The translations under genes and the position numbers were made by a program. The notes under the pieces were generated by a model. The model did no database searches and had not been told where the DNA came from. It saw nothing but the letters and a program-made list of their open reading frames with translations. This document shows positions 1 through 9,688 of a stretch of 64,000 bases of DNA, in pieces (position 1 is the first letter of the stretch; each line of letters begins with the position of its first letter). Source of the DNA: Elusimicrobiota bacterium (GTDB lineage: Bacteria; Elusimicrobiota; Elusimicrobia; Elusimicrobiales; UBA9959); assembly GCA_037137395.1 (NCBI GenBank), contig JBAXKK010000001.1:64001-128000 (forward strand). The letters are read 5' to 3'.

Positions 1-777
1 CCATCCAGGGCCGACCTTATGCTGGCTCATACGCCGGCATGGGTTGATAAGAATCTGCGCTTTAAATTCACGCCGCTGGACAGCGCCAGGGCGGAGCTTG
101 ATATAACCCGCGGCGTGGCGCGCGCGCACCTTATGAATGTCGGCGGCACTATCGCAGCCGCCAGGCTGGCGCTTGAAACCGGCCTGGGGATAAACTGCGG
201 CGGCGGCTCGCATCACGCCTTTAAAGGCCACGGCGAGGGCTTTTGTCTTTTAAATGACGTCGCCGTAGCGGTTAAAAAACTTCAGGCGGAAAAGAGTATA
301 AAGCGCGCGCTTATCGTGGACCTGGATGTTCATCAGGGCAATGGCACAGCCTCTGTTTTTAAAAAGGATAAAAATATTTTCACTTTTTCAATGCACCAGC
401 GGGATATATACCCGAAAGTGAGAGAAAAAAGCTCGTTTGATCTGGAGCTGCCCGCCGGAACCGGAGACGCGGAGTATTTAAAAATTTTGCGCAATATCCT
501 GCCTGAGATATTTAATAAGGCCCGAGCAGATGTTGTTGTTTACAATTCCGGCGCAGACATTTATGAGCATGACATGTTGGGGGGGCTGAAATTGACCATG
601 GCGGGAGTGGCTGCGCGGGATAAGATGGTATTCTCGGAGTGCTTTGGAAGGAAGACGCCTGTCATCCTTGTTCTAAGCGGCGGCTATGCCCGGAAATTTT
701 CCGATACCGTACGGCTGCACGCCAACACGATCATAACAGCTGTGGCGTTGTGGAAAAACATAGGTCTTAAGACCTAA
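1..777 (+). CDS. Histone deacetylase-family (Zn-dependent HDAC/AcuC-like) deacetylase, 5'-truncated by the window edge
   Basis: Motifs GGSHHA, GFCLLND, DLDVHQGNGT and SGGY. The frame is open from base 1 (PSRADLMLAH matches the internal 'dl.lvH' motif), so the true start is upstream. Confidence 0.92.
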   Translation, partial: PSRADLMLAHTPAWVDKNLRFKFTPLDSARAELDITRGVARAHLMNVGGTIAAARLALETGLGINCGGGSHHAFKGHGEGFCLLNDVAVAVKKLQAEKSIKRALIVDLDVHQGNGTASVFKKDKNIFTFSMHQRDIYPKVREKSSFDLELPAGTGDAEYLKILRNILPEIFNKARADVVVYNSGADIYEHDMLGGLKLTMAGVAARDKMVFSECFGRKTPVILVLSGGYARKFSDTVRLHANTIITAVALWKNIGLKT

Positions 778-850
778 TTTGGCATAGGCCCTAAGACCCT
801 CTGCGGTGTGGGCCTTTTGGCCTTGATAATCATCAATAGTGATGTAAACT
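761..850 (+). promoter_or_regulatory. Three phased 16-bp palindromic boxes plus a sigma70-like promoter for clostripain gene 1
   Basis: TAGGTCTTAAGACCTA (761-776, perfect palindrome), TAGGCCCTAAGACCCT (785-800) and TGGGCCTTTTGGCCTT (809-824) at a 24-bp period, followed by TTGATA-N16-TAAACT (823-850). Confidence 0.55.
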
Positions 851-892
851 ATATGACATGCCGCATGGCAGGTAAATAAAAAGTAGGAGGAA

Positions 893-2152
893 GTGCAGAT
901 GCTTAAAAAACTCGTGATGACAGCCGTTGCACTGTCGATGTCGGCCTCGCTTTACGCCGGGATCAATTTCGACAATCCCAAAGCCAATAACTTCAAAGAA
1001 GAGATTTCAAATGTGGAGCTCGCAGCCCCCGCCACGGCCTCTCCTGAGATAGTGACGGCTGATAAAGCCAAAGAATGGACCATTATGGTCTTCGTCAACG
1101 GCAAAAACAATCTGGAACAATACGCACTTAAAGACATGAACGAGATGGAGATGATAGGCTCCTCCGACCAGGTAAACATCGTCACCGAAGTGGGCCGTAT
1201 ATCCGGATACGATTCCTCCGATGGCGACTGGAAAACCGCCCGACGCTATCTTATAAAGAAAGATAGTAACATTAACAAAATAACCTCTCCCGTTGTGCAG
1301 GAGTTGGGAAAGGTGGATATGGGTGACTACAAACATCTTGCGGACTTCGCTAACTGGGCCAAGACCACCTACCCCGCCAAAAAATACATGCTTATAGTCT
1401 GGAATCATGGCGCCGGCTGGGTCAAATCCCGTGAACTTGGCAATAAAGGCATTTCATACGATGATGAGACGGGTAATCATATAGACACCCCGCAGCTTGG
1501 CTTGGCCCTGAAAGCCATCGGCAAAATCGATGTCTACGGCTCAGACGCCTGCCTTATGCAGATGCCTGAAGTGAACTATGAGATCAAAGATTATGTTGAC
1601 TATATCGTGGGCTCGGAAGAGACCGAACCCGGCGACGGCTACACCTATAATCTGCTGCTTGGGCCCCTCGTTGCCAAGCCCGCTATGGGAGCGGAAGAAC
1701 TGGGCAAGCTGGCAGTGGATGCCTACAGCGACCATTACCAGTCCATCGGAGAGGGGTCTACCCAGAGCCTTGTGAAAGCCTCCGCGCTGAACGGCTTCAT
1801 ACCTGTGGTTAATGACTTCGTCGCGGCTTCCATCGCCTCCGGAGAGAAAGCCCTGGTGAAAACGGCTTTAAATGGAGCGCAGAGCTACGCTTACGCAGAA
1901 AATAAGGACATGTCGCACTTCCTTACCCTCTACATGGCTTCCAGCAAGAACGCCGAGGTTAAGGCTAAGGGCAAGATCCTGCAGGACTATCTGCTGAACA
2001 CGCTGGTGATCCATAACCGCGTTAACGGCACATACGGAGACTCCAAGGGCCTTGCGATATACATGCCAAGTTATTCCAACTCCACCTACAACGAACTGGC
2101 CTGGGCCAAAGCGTCGCAGTGGGATGAGTTTATCGGCTGGTACACTAAGTAA
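893..2152 (+). CDS. Secreted clostripain-family (C11) cysteine peptidase
   Basis: Signal peptide, KEWTIMVFVNGKNNLE, and catalytic dyad motifs WNHGAGW and SDACLM. AGGAGG RBS; start is GTG 893 or ATG 899. Confidence 0.9.
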   Translation: MQMLKKLVMTAVALSMSASLYAGINFDNPKANNFKEEISNVELAAPATASPEIVTADKAKEWTIMVFVNGKNNLEQYALKDMNEMEMIGSSDQVNIVTEVGRISGYDSSDGDWKTARRYLIKKDSNINKITSPVVQELGKVDMGDYKHLADFANWAKTTYPAKKYMLIVWNHGAGWVKSRELGNKGISYDDETGNHIDTPQLGLALKAIGKIDVYGSDACLMQMPEVNYEIKDYVDYIVGSEETEPGDGYTYNLLLGPLVAKPAMGAEELGKLAVDAYSDHYQSIGEGSTQSLVKASALNGFIPVVNDFVAASIASGEKALVKTALNGAQSYAYAENKDMSHFLTLYMASSKNAEVKAKGKILQDYLLNTLVIHNRVNGTYGDSKGLAIYMPSYSNSTYNELAWAKASQWDEFIGWYTK

Positions 2153-2174
2153 TATTAATTCTTAATTAACAACA

Positions 2175-2211
2175 CGGGCCGTCTGCCTTGGGCAGACGGC
2201 CCGCTTGTTTT
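2175..2211 (+). terminator. Intrinsic terminator
   Basis: 13-bp stem CGGGCCGTCTGCC/GGCAGACGGCCCG followed by a T-rich tract. Confidence 0.85.
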
Positions 2212-2317
2212 ATAACCTTTATGCCCAAAGTCGCATAGGTCTTACGTCTCTTGTAATATTTGGCAGATCTTATAGTATATATGTAGTCGATGATATCAAC
2301 CTGCTGAGAGCCATAAA

Positions 2318-3613
2318 ATGTTTAAAAAAACTTTAACTTATGCGGTCATGCTGGTTTCCATTGCTTCTTTTTCCATGGCGGCTGTGAACTTCGACAATCC
2401 TGAGGCTAACAGCTTTGCTGATGAAATAAAAAATATTACCATCGATATGCCCGCCCCCGGAGGGGTGCCCAATAAGATGGCCGAAAAGCCAAAAGAATGG
2501 ACCATTATGGTTTTCGTTAACGGCAGAAACAATCTGGAGGAAAACGCCCTCAAGGATATTAACGAAATGGAAATGGTGGGTTCTTCAGACCAGGTCAATA
2601 TCGTCGTTCAGGTCGCCCGCATAGTCGGGTACAATTCTTCTGATGGCGACTGGACAACCGCCCGACGCTACCTCATTACTAAAGACAATAATGTTGACAG
2701 AATAAGTTCTCCCATTCTGAAGGACCTTGGCAAGGTGGATATGGGGGATTATCGGAATGTGATAGCTTTCGGCAAATGGGCAAAAGCCGCCTATCCTGCC
2801 AGAAAAACCATGCTTATCATCTGGGACCATGGCACGGGCTGGGTAAAAAGCAGCGGGAGCATCACAAAAGGTATCTCCTACGACTCGGAGAGTCGCCACT
2901 ATATTAACACTCCGCAAATGGCGGCCATTCTTAAAGGTGTCGGCGGCGTTGATGTTTACGGTTCCGACGCCTGCCTGATGCAGATGGCGGAAGTCGTGTA
3001 CGAGATAAAAGATTATGTTAAATTCATCGTGGGCTCGGAAGAGGCCGCACCCGGAGACGGATACGCCTATAATGACCTCCTGGCCCAGTTGGTCGCTAAA
3101 CCCGGCATGGACGCGGAAGCGCTCGCCAGGGTGGCGGTTGAGTCTTACGCCAATTACTACCAGGCCAAGAGAGAAGGTTCAACCCAGAGCTATGTCCGCT
3201 CCGCTGCTATTCCCGGTTTTCTGAAAGCGGTTAATGAATTCGCCAGTGCCATCACAACTGCCGGTGAAAAAAGCCTCACCGGGAAGGCCAGGGTCGCGGC
3301 ACAGGCCTATAGGGACACCGATAATAAAGATCTATATCACTTCGCGCAGCTTATAGCAGCCGGGAGCAATGACCCCTCAGTAAAAGAGAAGTCCGCAGCG
3401 CTGATGGCATACATGGAAAAAGTGCTTATAGGTTATAATCGGGCCAATAACGGTTCCGGCGGCAGCTACTGGCTTCCCCCCGTCAATCACTTAAACTCTC
3501 ACGGAATCTCCATATATCTGCCGTCTGCGGCCCCGGCCTCCGGCTATGAAGATCTTCAGTGGTCCAAGTATTCCAACTGGGATGAGTTTATAAAATGGTA
3601 CCAGCTGCCGTAA
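2318..3613 (+). CDS. Secreted clostripain-family (C11) cysteine peptidase, tandem paralog
   Basis: Colinear with 893-2152; WDHGTGW and SDACLM motifs; signal peptide. Confidence 0.9.
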   Translation: MFKKTLTYAVMLVSIASFSMAAVNFDNPEANSFADEIKNITIDMPAPGGVPNKMAEKPKEWTIMVFVNGRNNLEENALKDINEMEMVGSSDQVNIVVQVARIVGYNSSDGDWTTARRYLITKDNNVDRISSPILKDLGKVDMGDYRNVIAFGKWAKAAYPARKTMLIIWDHGTGWVKSSGSITKGISYDSESRHYINTPQMAAILKGVGGVDVYGSDACLMQMAEVVYEIKDYVKFIVGSEEAAPGDGYAYNDLLAQLVAKPGMDAEALARVAVESYANYYQAKREGSTQSYVRSAAIPGFLKAVNEFASAITTAGEKSLTGKARVAAQAYRDTDNKDLYHFAQLIAAGSNDPSVKEKSAALMAYMEKVLIGYNRANNGSGGSYWLPPVNHLNSHGISIYLPSAAPASGYEDLQWSKYSNWDEFIKWYQLP

Positions 3614-3639
3614 GTACGGTAATAAGGTGAGTTTTTGAG

Positions 3640-3670
3640 AAGGGCCGGCGTAAATGCCGGCCCTTTTTTA
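3640..3670 (+). terminator. Intrinsic terminator
   Basis: AAGGGCCGGC-loop-GCCGGCCCTT followed by a T tract. Confidence 0.85.
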
Positions 3671-3732
3671 TGTTTCGGTTTGTGTGAACGCCGGCTTTTA
3701 GTCTTAAGCGATAAGCATGAGCATAAAGGGAA

Positions 3733-3866
3733 AGTGGTTAGTGGACAGTGAATAGTGGCTAGTAGTTAATGGTTGGTGTCCGCCGCGCTGAGTAATGACC
3801 AATAAATAGTGATTGATGGATGCGGATCATTTACCACTTATCACTAACCACTATCCACTAATCACT
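3733..3866. repeat. Inverted heptamer-repeat element (AGTGGNY / RNCCACT type)
   Basis: Left arm AGTGGTT AGTGGAC AGTGAAT AGTGGCT; right arm CCACT TATCACT AACCACT ATCCACT AATCACT. Confidence 0.8.
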
Positions 3867-3872
3867 GGCGGG

Positions 3873-4802
3873 CTACACCCGGGATTTAAAATAGGCCACT
3901 GTTTTCTTAAGGCCTTCCTCAAGCGAAACTTTGGGCTGCCACTTTAGTTCCTTTTTAGCGCGGGTTATGTCGGGCTTGCGCACCTTGGGGTCGTCCTCAG
4001 GCAAGGGTTGGAAAATTATTTTTGACTTGCTGCCGGCGGCCGTCTTGACCATTTGAGCCAGCTCCAGGAGCGTAAGTTCGCGAGGGTTACCGATGTTTAC
4101 CGGTTCGTTTATGCCGCTGTTCAGCAGACGGTATATCCCTTCGATCAGGTCGGAAACATAGCACAGGCTGCGGGTCTGGAGGCCGTCGCCGTAGACGGTG
4201 ATGGGTTTATTCTTTAGCGCCTGCACCATGAAATTCGGGACGGCGCGTCCGTCTTCCAGGCGCATGTTGGGGCCGTAGGTATTGAAGATGCGCAGTATGC
4301 GCACCTGCATACCATGGTAGCGGTGGTAGGCCATGGTCATCGCTTCGGCGAAGCGCTTGGCCTCGTCATACACGCCGCGCGGGCCTATCGGATTAACATT
4401 GCCCCAATAGCTTTCGTGCTGGGGATTTATAAGCGGATCGCCGTACACCTCTGAGGTCGAGGCGATCATGAAAATGGCGTTCTTGGCCTTGGCCAGGCCC
4501 AGCGCTTTATGTGTGCCCAGGGCTCCGACTTTCAGCGTCGGTATCGGGTATTTTAGGTAATCTATGGGAGAGGCAGGGCTGGCGAAATGCAAGACCGCGT
4601 CCAATTTCCCCGGCACATGCAGGTAGTTCGTCACGTCATATTTTACGAACTCGAATTTGCCGTTTTTGAACAGGTCTTGTATATTATCGACGTTGCCGGT
4701 TATAAAGTTGTCCAGCCCCACCACCGAATGCCCCTTGCCCAGCAGATATCTCGATAGATGGCTCCCCAAAAAACCGGCGGCGCCGGTAACTAAAATTCTC
4801 AT
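3873..4802 (-). CDS. UDP-glucuronate decarboxylase (UDP-xylose synthase-like SDR)
   Basis: [42 protein letters not shown] and [10 protein letters not shown]. Confidence 0.9.
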   Translation of the reverse strand: MRILVTGAAGFLGSHLSRYLLGKGHSVVGLDNFITGNVDNIQDLFKNGKFEFVKYDVTNYLHVPGKLDAVLHFASPASPIDYLKYPIPTLKVGALGTHKALGLAKAKNAIFMIASTSEVYGDPLINPQHESYWGNVNPIGPRGVYDEAKRFAEAMTMAYHRYHGMQVRILRIFNTYGPNMRLEDGRAVPNFMVQALKNKPITVYGDGLQTRSLCYVSDLIEGIYRLLNSGINEPVNIGNPRELTLLELAQMVKTAAGSKSKIIFQPLPEDDPKVRKPDITRAKKELKWQPKVSLEEGLKKTVAYFKSRV

Positions 4803-4824
4803 GATATAACTCCTAATGATTTAT

Positions 4825-4918
4825 CGTAAAGCGTAAAGCGTGAAGCGTAAAGAGCGAGAACCAAACAGCAAATTTTTAAGAGCCGTGGCCCTTCACGCTT
4901 TACGCTTTACTCTTTACG
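4825..4918. repeat. Inverted heptamer-repeat element (CGTAAAG / CTTTACG)
   Basis: CGTAAAG CGTAAAG CGTGAAG CGTAAAG ... CTTCACG CTTTACG CTTTACT CTTTACG. Confidence 0.85.
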
Positions 4919-4922
4919 TCCG

Positions 4923-6254
4923 TTATTGTCTGCCGACAGACTTATATATAAATCCCAGTTCCCGCATTTTGGCCGGGTTATAAAGGTTGCGGCCGTCTAT
5001 CATGATCGGGTGCTTAAGCAGGGACAGCATCTTTTTCATGTCCAGCCTTGCGAATTCGGCCCATTCTGTGATAAGGCAGACGCAGTCCGCTCCGGCTACG
5101 CAGTCGTAGGCGTCTTTGGCAAAATAGATGCCTTTTGCCAGACCCTTGGCGTTCTCCTGTGAAACCGGGTCGTATCCGCGCACTTTGGCGCCGAGCTTTT
5201 TAAATTCAGCAATAATGTCAAGGCTCGGGGCGAAGCGCATATCGTCGGTTTCGGGTTTGAAAGCCAGGCCCAGCAGGGCCACGGTTTTGCCTTCCAGATT
5301 CCACAGTTCATCCTGAACTTTTTTTACCAGCCACATCTTGGCGGCTTCGTTAATGTCTTTAACGGACTTCAGCAGCTCAAAATCATAACCCTTGCGGTGG
5401 CTGAGCCAATAAAATGCCTCCAGATCTTTTGGAAAGCAAAATCCGCCGAAGCCGATACCGGCTTTCAGAAAGCTCATGCCTATGCGCTTGTCCATGCCCA
5501 TTCCGCGCGCCACCATCTCAACATCGGCGCCGGTCTTTTCACAGACTTGTGCCACTGCGTTGATAAATGAGATCTTGGTAGAGAGGAAAGAGTTGGAGGC
5601 GTGCTTTATCAGTTCGGCGCTTTTTACGTCGGTCACCAGCAGGGGAGCGCCCTTCATACGCTTATAGATCCTGCGCATCACGGCTTCGCACTGCCTGGTG
5701 GGGCAGCCCAGAACCACGCGGTCCGGTTTTAAGAAATCTCCCACAGCAGTGCCCTCACGCAGAAATTCCGGATTGGAGGCGACGTCAAAGGGTATGTGCT
5801 TTTTGTTATGTCGCACCACGGTCTTATTGATCCACTCGCAGGTTTCAACAGGCACGGTGGACTTTTCAACGATAACGGTATAGTCGGTCATGTTGAGGGC
5901 GATCTCTTCCGCCACTTTTTCCACGGCGGAAAGGTCGGCTGAGCCGTCTTCGCGCGGAGGGGTTCCCACAGCTATAAATATCGCTTCGGCCCTTTGGCCG
6001 CCGTGGTGCATGCCTTCTTTTATTGACCGGGTGAAAAACAGCCGTCCTGCCTTCACATTGCGTTTCACCACAGTTTCAAGGTTCTCCTCATAAATAGGCA
6101 TCACGCCTTTTTCAAGCAGCGCTATTTTTTTAGGATCGGAATCCACGCATACCACGCGGTGGCCGATCTCGGCCAGGCATGCCCCGGATACCAGTCCCAC
6201 ATAGCCGGCCCCTATAATGCAGATGTTAACTTTTTCATTATTTGTTTTTTTCAT
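4923..6254 (-). CDS. ugd: UDP-glucose 6-dehydrogenase
   Basis: GAGYVG, AVGTP, EKSTVP, NPEFLREG, GFGGFCFPKD and AFKPETDDMR. Confidence 0.95.
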   Translation of the reverse strand: MKKTNNEKVNICIIGAGYVGLVSGACLAEIGHRVVCVDSDPKKIALLEKGVMPIYEENLETVVKRNVKAGRLFFTRSIKEGMHHGGQRAEAIFIAVGTPPREDGSADLSAVEKVAEEIALNMTDYTVIVEKSTVPVETCEWINKTVVRHNKKHIPFDVASNPEFLREGTAVGDFLKPDRVVLGCPTRQCEAVMRRIYKRMKGAPLLVTDVKSAELIKHASNSFLSTKISFINAVAQVCEKTGADVEMVARGMGMDKRIGMSFLKAGIGFGGFCFPKDLEAFYWLSHRKGYDFELLKSVKDINEAAKMWLVKKVQDELWNLEGKTVALLGLAFKPETDDMRFAPSLDIIAEFKKLGAKVRGYDPVSQENAKGLAKGIYFAKDAYDCVAGADCVCLITEWAEFARLDMKKMLSLLKHPIMIDGRNLYNPAKMRELGFIYKSVGRQ

Positions 6255-6296
6255 GGTTTCTCCAATATGTGATGCGAATAGCGCTTATGGCGGTTG

Positions 6297-7520
6297 TTAT
6301 TTCGCCGGCGCGCAAACTATTTCTGAATCGCTCTCAGGTTCAACCTCGTGCGTCTTAGCCAGTTCACAGGCACGCTTCTTTTCTGCCAGACTTAGGAAAT
6401 AGATGGCGATGAATATTACCACCAGGCCTATCCAGTCTTCCGGCTTGGGAGGTTTGGCGGTCATCAGGAAGAAGACGACCAGCGTGGCAATGGTGCCGGC
6501 GATGAGCGAGGTCAGGCGGTTGACCAGGCCTGAGAAGGTGGCGGTGCGGCCCTTGAACATAAAAAGGAATACTGAGAAGAACGCCCCTATGCCGTATGGT
6601 ATGCCCGCCAGCGCGGCTTTAAACCACTGCGCGTGCGGCATGTTGAAACTGCTCTGGAAGTTGGCGACGAAATCTTTCGGATTCGCCGCGTCGGGGGCCA
6701 TGAGAAAGACTACGGCGCACGCGGCGAGTATCATCGTAGCGCTTGCGGAAAGTTGCTCAATTGCGAAGAATCCTTTATTATCGTAGGGTACGCCCTTCGT
6801 CCGCGTGTTCTTAAAATAATTCATTATATAGATGCGGATGGCATAGGCGATGATGTAGCTTGTCAGAATGGTCATGGCCGTTACATTAGTTATGAATGCG
6901 AAATTATTGGGGTCGAACACGAATAGCTGTTTAAATGAGGCTGTCAGCCCGGCCGCGGCTCGTGAGAAAGCGATAGCTCCCTTAAAGTTCAGCAACTGCA
7001 GTGCCACCGCGAAAAGCGCGAAGGCTACTGCCACATTTTCTTCCCAGTAAACCGTCTTGGTCAGTATGCCCTGGCGTATCTGGATTGAATCTATTATGCG
7101 GCTTATTATGATAATGCTGGCCCGCATGATTATCATCGCCACCATTACCGAGATGGGCAGCAGGTACATCAGCGTGGTCGTGGGGATAACTACGGCGGTG
7201 CATACTCCGGAAGGGATGATGTAAAGGAATTCTTTCGGGAAGGTCAGGCCCATGACCGTGATCCTGCCCTGCGATTGGAACTTGTACCACTTCCAGGCTA
7301 TGACAAGGCTGACGCAGAAGAGGCTGGAAAACAGCGTGGAGTAGACCATGTATTGAACATCGTTCATCGCCGGGTAGCCGGGCGCGGTGTTCATGAAATA
7401 TTTAGGGAAGATGCCGGTAAGTATGTAGGTGCCGAAGTAGGCCAGCGCTAGCTGGAGCAGCCGTTCGGTCGTGCCGTCGTGGGTTTTTTGTGTAAAAACA
7501 ACGCGCATCAACTTAAGCAT
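6297..7520 (-). CDS. Multi-pass membrane protein, probable DMT superfamily (nucleotide-sugar-transporter-like)
   Basis: About 10 hydrophobic segments in two halves; C-terminal PxPEDWIGLVVIFIAI resembles the last DMT helix. Confidence 0.5.
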   Translation of the reverse strand: MLKLMRVVFTQKTHDGTTERLLQLALAYFGTYILTGIFPKYFMNTAPGYPAMNDVQYMVYSTLFSSLFCVSLVIAWKWYKFQSQGRITVMGLTFPKEFLYIIPSGVCTAVVIPTTTLMYLLPISVMVAMIIMRASIIIISRIIDSIQIRQGILTKTVYWEENVAVAFALFAVALQLLNFKGAIAFSRAAAGLTASFKQLFVFDPNNFAFITNVTAMTILTSYIIAYAIRIYIMNYFKNTRTKGVPYDNKGFFAIEQLSASATMILAACAVVFLMAPDAANPKDFVANFQSSFNMPHAQWFKAALAGIPYGIGAFFSVFLFMFKGRTATFSGLVNRLTSLIAGTIATLVVFFLMTAKPPKPEDWIGLVVIFIAIYFLSLAEKKRACELAKTHEVEPESDSEIVCAPAK

Positions 7521-7684
7521 GTGATCCCCTTTTGCCGATTCAGCCTATATGTTATAAATTTAAATCCCGCGCCGCAATTCTCAATTTTCTTCCAGATTCC
7601 CCCGGTTTCTCCGGACTCGCAATTTCCGGCCGCATAGATTGCGTTGCAAATCGGCAATCAAAACTCTTTTAAAAGGAAGCAGGT

Positions 7685-8440
7685 TTACTTCGTCGCGCCC
7701 AGAATCTGGCATTTGAAAGTGCCGCGCGTGGAGGGAAGGTAAAAAATCTTTCCGAATCCGTAGAGTTGGTGCCTGGCGATAAAATCCTGTATCTCGCTCA
7801 CCTGGGCTGAGCTTTCAAGCGGGATCAGGCGATGCGGCTGTTTTATCGCGCTCAAGAGAGGCCCAACTTTTTGGAAGTCATAAGTCTCTATAATCTTGAC
7901 CACGCCATCTCTTTCGCTCTTAATCTGGAATTCCTTTAGCGCGGTTCCCGAGAGCGTTTCGGAGATCAGGAACCCCTTGAGTTTGTTCTCGTCCGGCATC
8001 TTGGACGCGGCTTTTTTTGCTTCGCCAAAAGCGTGGGAGAAAGCCTCGCCGAAATTGTTAAGCGGAGCCTCCATGCGCTTCAATTCGCCACTGATATAGG
8101 CAGAAATATTTAAAAGTTCGCCTTTGTAAAAAACCAGCTTATTCTCCGTGTAACTGTGCGAGGCGAGGATTTCCGAGTTTTCTATCTCGCGGAGAAAGTC
8201 TTTGGCCAGCTGGGGGGATATTTTGCCGCGCTTAACCGTGATGGCGTTTTTTGTTTCGGTCCGGGTGATTGCCGCCCCGTCCGCCGCGACTTCCATATAA
8301 TACTGCTGGCCTGTTTTTAATGACGAGACTGTCATCCAGCTGGCCCTGAGTTCGGCGCTTTTGGAGTAGGGGCGGAAAGCGTGGGCGACCGCGCCGGAGA
8401 AAATTAGAAGCAGTGAAAGTGCCGCGAGCTTTTTAACCAT
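7685..8440 (-). CDS. Hypothetical exported protein
   Basis: Signal peptide ending AHA; overlaps the stop of the upstream gene. Confidence 0.75.
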   Translation of the reverse strand: MVKKLAALSLLLIFSGAVAHAFRPYSKSAELRASWMTVSSLKTGQQYYMEVAADGAAITRTETKNAITVKRGKISPQLAKDFLREIENSEILASHSYTENKLVFYKGELLNISAYISGELKRMEAPLNNFGEAFSHAFGEAKKAASKMPDENKLKGFLISETLSGTALKEFQIKSERDGVVKIIETYDFQKVGPLLSAIKQPHRLIPLESSAQVSEIQDFIARHQLYGFGKIFYLPSTRGTFKCQILGATK

Positions 8441-8894
8441 GCTTTTCCACCACCGAGTCTATGGAGATCCTTCCGCCGTATTTCCAGGCGAGGGCGGCCA
8501 GCGCCAGCAGCAGCAGGTTTTGGGAGAACTCATAGCCGAGCGAACTATTCATGGAGGCGCCGAAACAGCCGCAGGAGGTGACAGGTAGTTTCCTTACAAT
8601 GGCCTGGAGCAGGAGCCCCTCAAAAGCGAGGATCATTGCGCAGACGGAGAGAGCGGAGTAGCGAGTGAAAACGCCTGCGGCCAGAAACACGCCCAGGTAA
8701 ATTTCTATCCAGGGTACGGCCAGGGCTGTAAACATGGTCAAACCGGCCGGGATTGTTCTATAGGTCTCTATAGCGTAGGCGAATTCTTCCGCCGGCGCGG
8801 CGGCCTTTAGGAATCCGGCATAAATAAACACGCCGCCGGCTAAAAGTCTGGCCAGAAACCCTATAATCTCCATGGTCTCAATTTTTTTATTCAT
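8433..8894 (-). CDS. DoxX/MauE-family membrane protein
   Basis: ARLLAGGVFIYAGFLK, PWIEI and CGCFG. Confidence 0.85.
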   Translation of the reverse strand: MNKKIETMEIIGFLARLLAGGVFIYAGFLKAAAPAEEFAYAIETYRTIPAGLTMFTALAVPWIEIYLGVFLAAGVFTRYSALSVCAMILAFEGLLLQAIVRKLPVTSCGCFGASMNSSLGYEFSQNLLLLALAALAWKYGGRISIDSVVEKHG

Positions 8895-8946
8895 ACGCGC
8901 GATTTAACGCTAAGCATCGTCACTTTCCGGGCCAGATCGCAAGTTT

Positions 8947-9585
8947 TTAGTCTTTAATTCTGCTGAGTAAAATATCAAATTTTTTAACCTGGTCCAGGAA
9001 CTGGGCTCCGCCGACGGCCCTTTTACCGTTTATGAAAAAGGTGGGGGTGGCGTTTACGCCCCGAAGGTCGCCTTCGGCAATGTCCAGTTTTACGCGGCGG
9101 GCGGTCTCAGGGTCGGCGGCGCATGCTTCCAGCGCCGGGAGGTTGAGCTTCAGCAGGGCGGCGGCAGCCGCGAATTCCCCGGGTTTTTCTCGGGCCTGAG
9201 CCCACTTCTCCTGATTCTCAAAAAGCAGTCCGGCATATTCCGTGAATTTGCCTTGCGTGCCGGCGCAGTCGGCGTATGACGCCGCCAGGAAGGACCAGGG
9301 GTGGATGGCGGAAAGAGGATAATGTTTAAAGTTGACCCGCACCGCGCCTTTATAAAGCTGCAGGCTTTTCTTCAGATGGGCCTCCGCCGATCTGCAGGCG
9401 GGGCAGGCGAAGTCGGTGTATTCGTAAATCTGTATAGGGGCGTCCTTCGGGCCAAAAGCGCGGAAGTCCGGAGAAGGTCTGGCCGGGGCCAGGCTGGACT
9501 GTCGTAGCATTAAGACGGCCATGGTGGCCCCGAATACGAGCAGGACCGCTATTAAACCTTTTCTCGCGGTTGTTCGGCTTAACAT
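8947..9585 (-). CDS. DsbA-family thioredoxin-fold oxidoreductase
   Basis: YTDFACPAC, FKHYPL and GVNATPTFFING; N-terminal anchor. Confidence 0.9.
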   Translation of the reverse strand: MLSRTTARKGLIAVLLVFGATMAVLMLRQSSLAPARPSPDFRAFGPKDAPIQIYEYTDFACPACRSAEAHLKKSLQLYKGAVRVNFKHYPLSAIHPWSFLAASYADCAGTQGKFTEYAGLLFENQEKWAQAREKPGEFAAAAALLKLNLPALEACAADPETARRVKLDIAEGDLRGVNATPTFFINGKRAVGGAQFLDQVKKFDILLSRIKD

Positions 9586-9688
9586 AAGTCTAATTATACA
9601 ATACTACGCGCACAGCGAAGCGGGGACGTTGCGAAATCAAAGAATAGGTCAGCGTTGAGACAGACCTCTTCCCTATTTCGCCATAGCG

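Noticed and set aside
761..824. Possible mini-CRISPR array (regularly spaced palindromes)
   Set aside because: Units are 16 bp with 8-bp gaps, degenerate, and no cas genes are present. It fits operator sites better.
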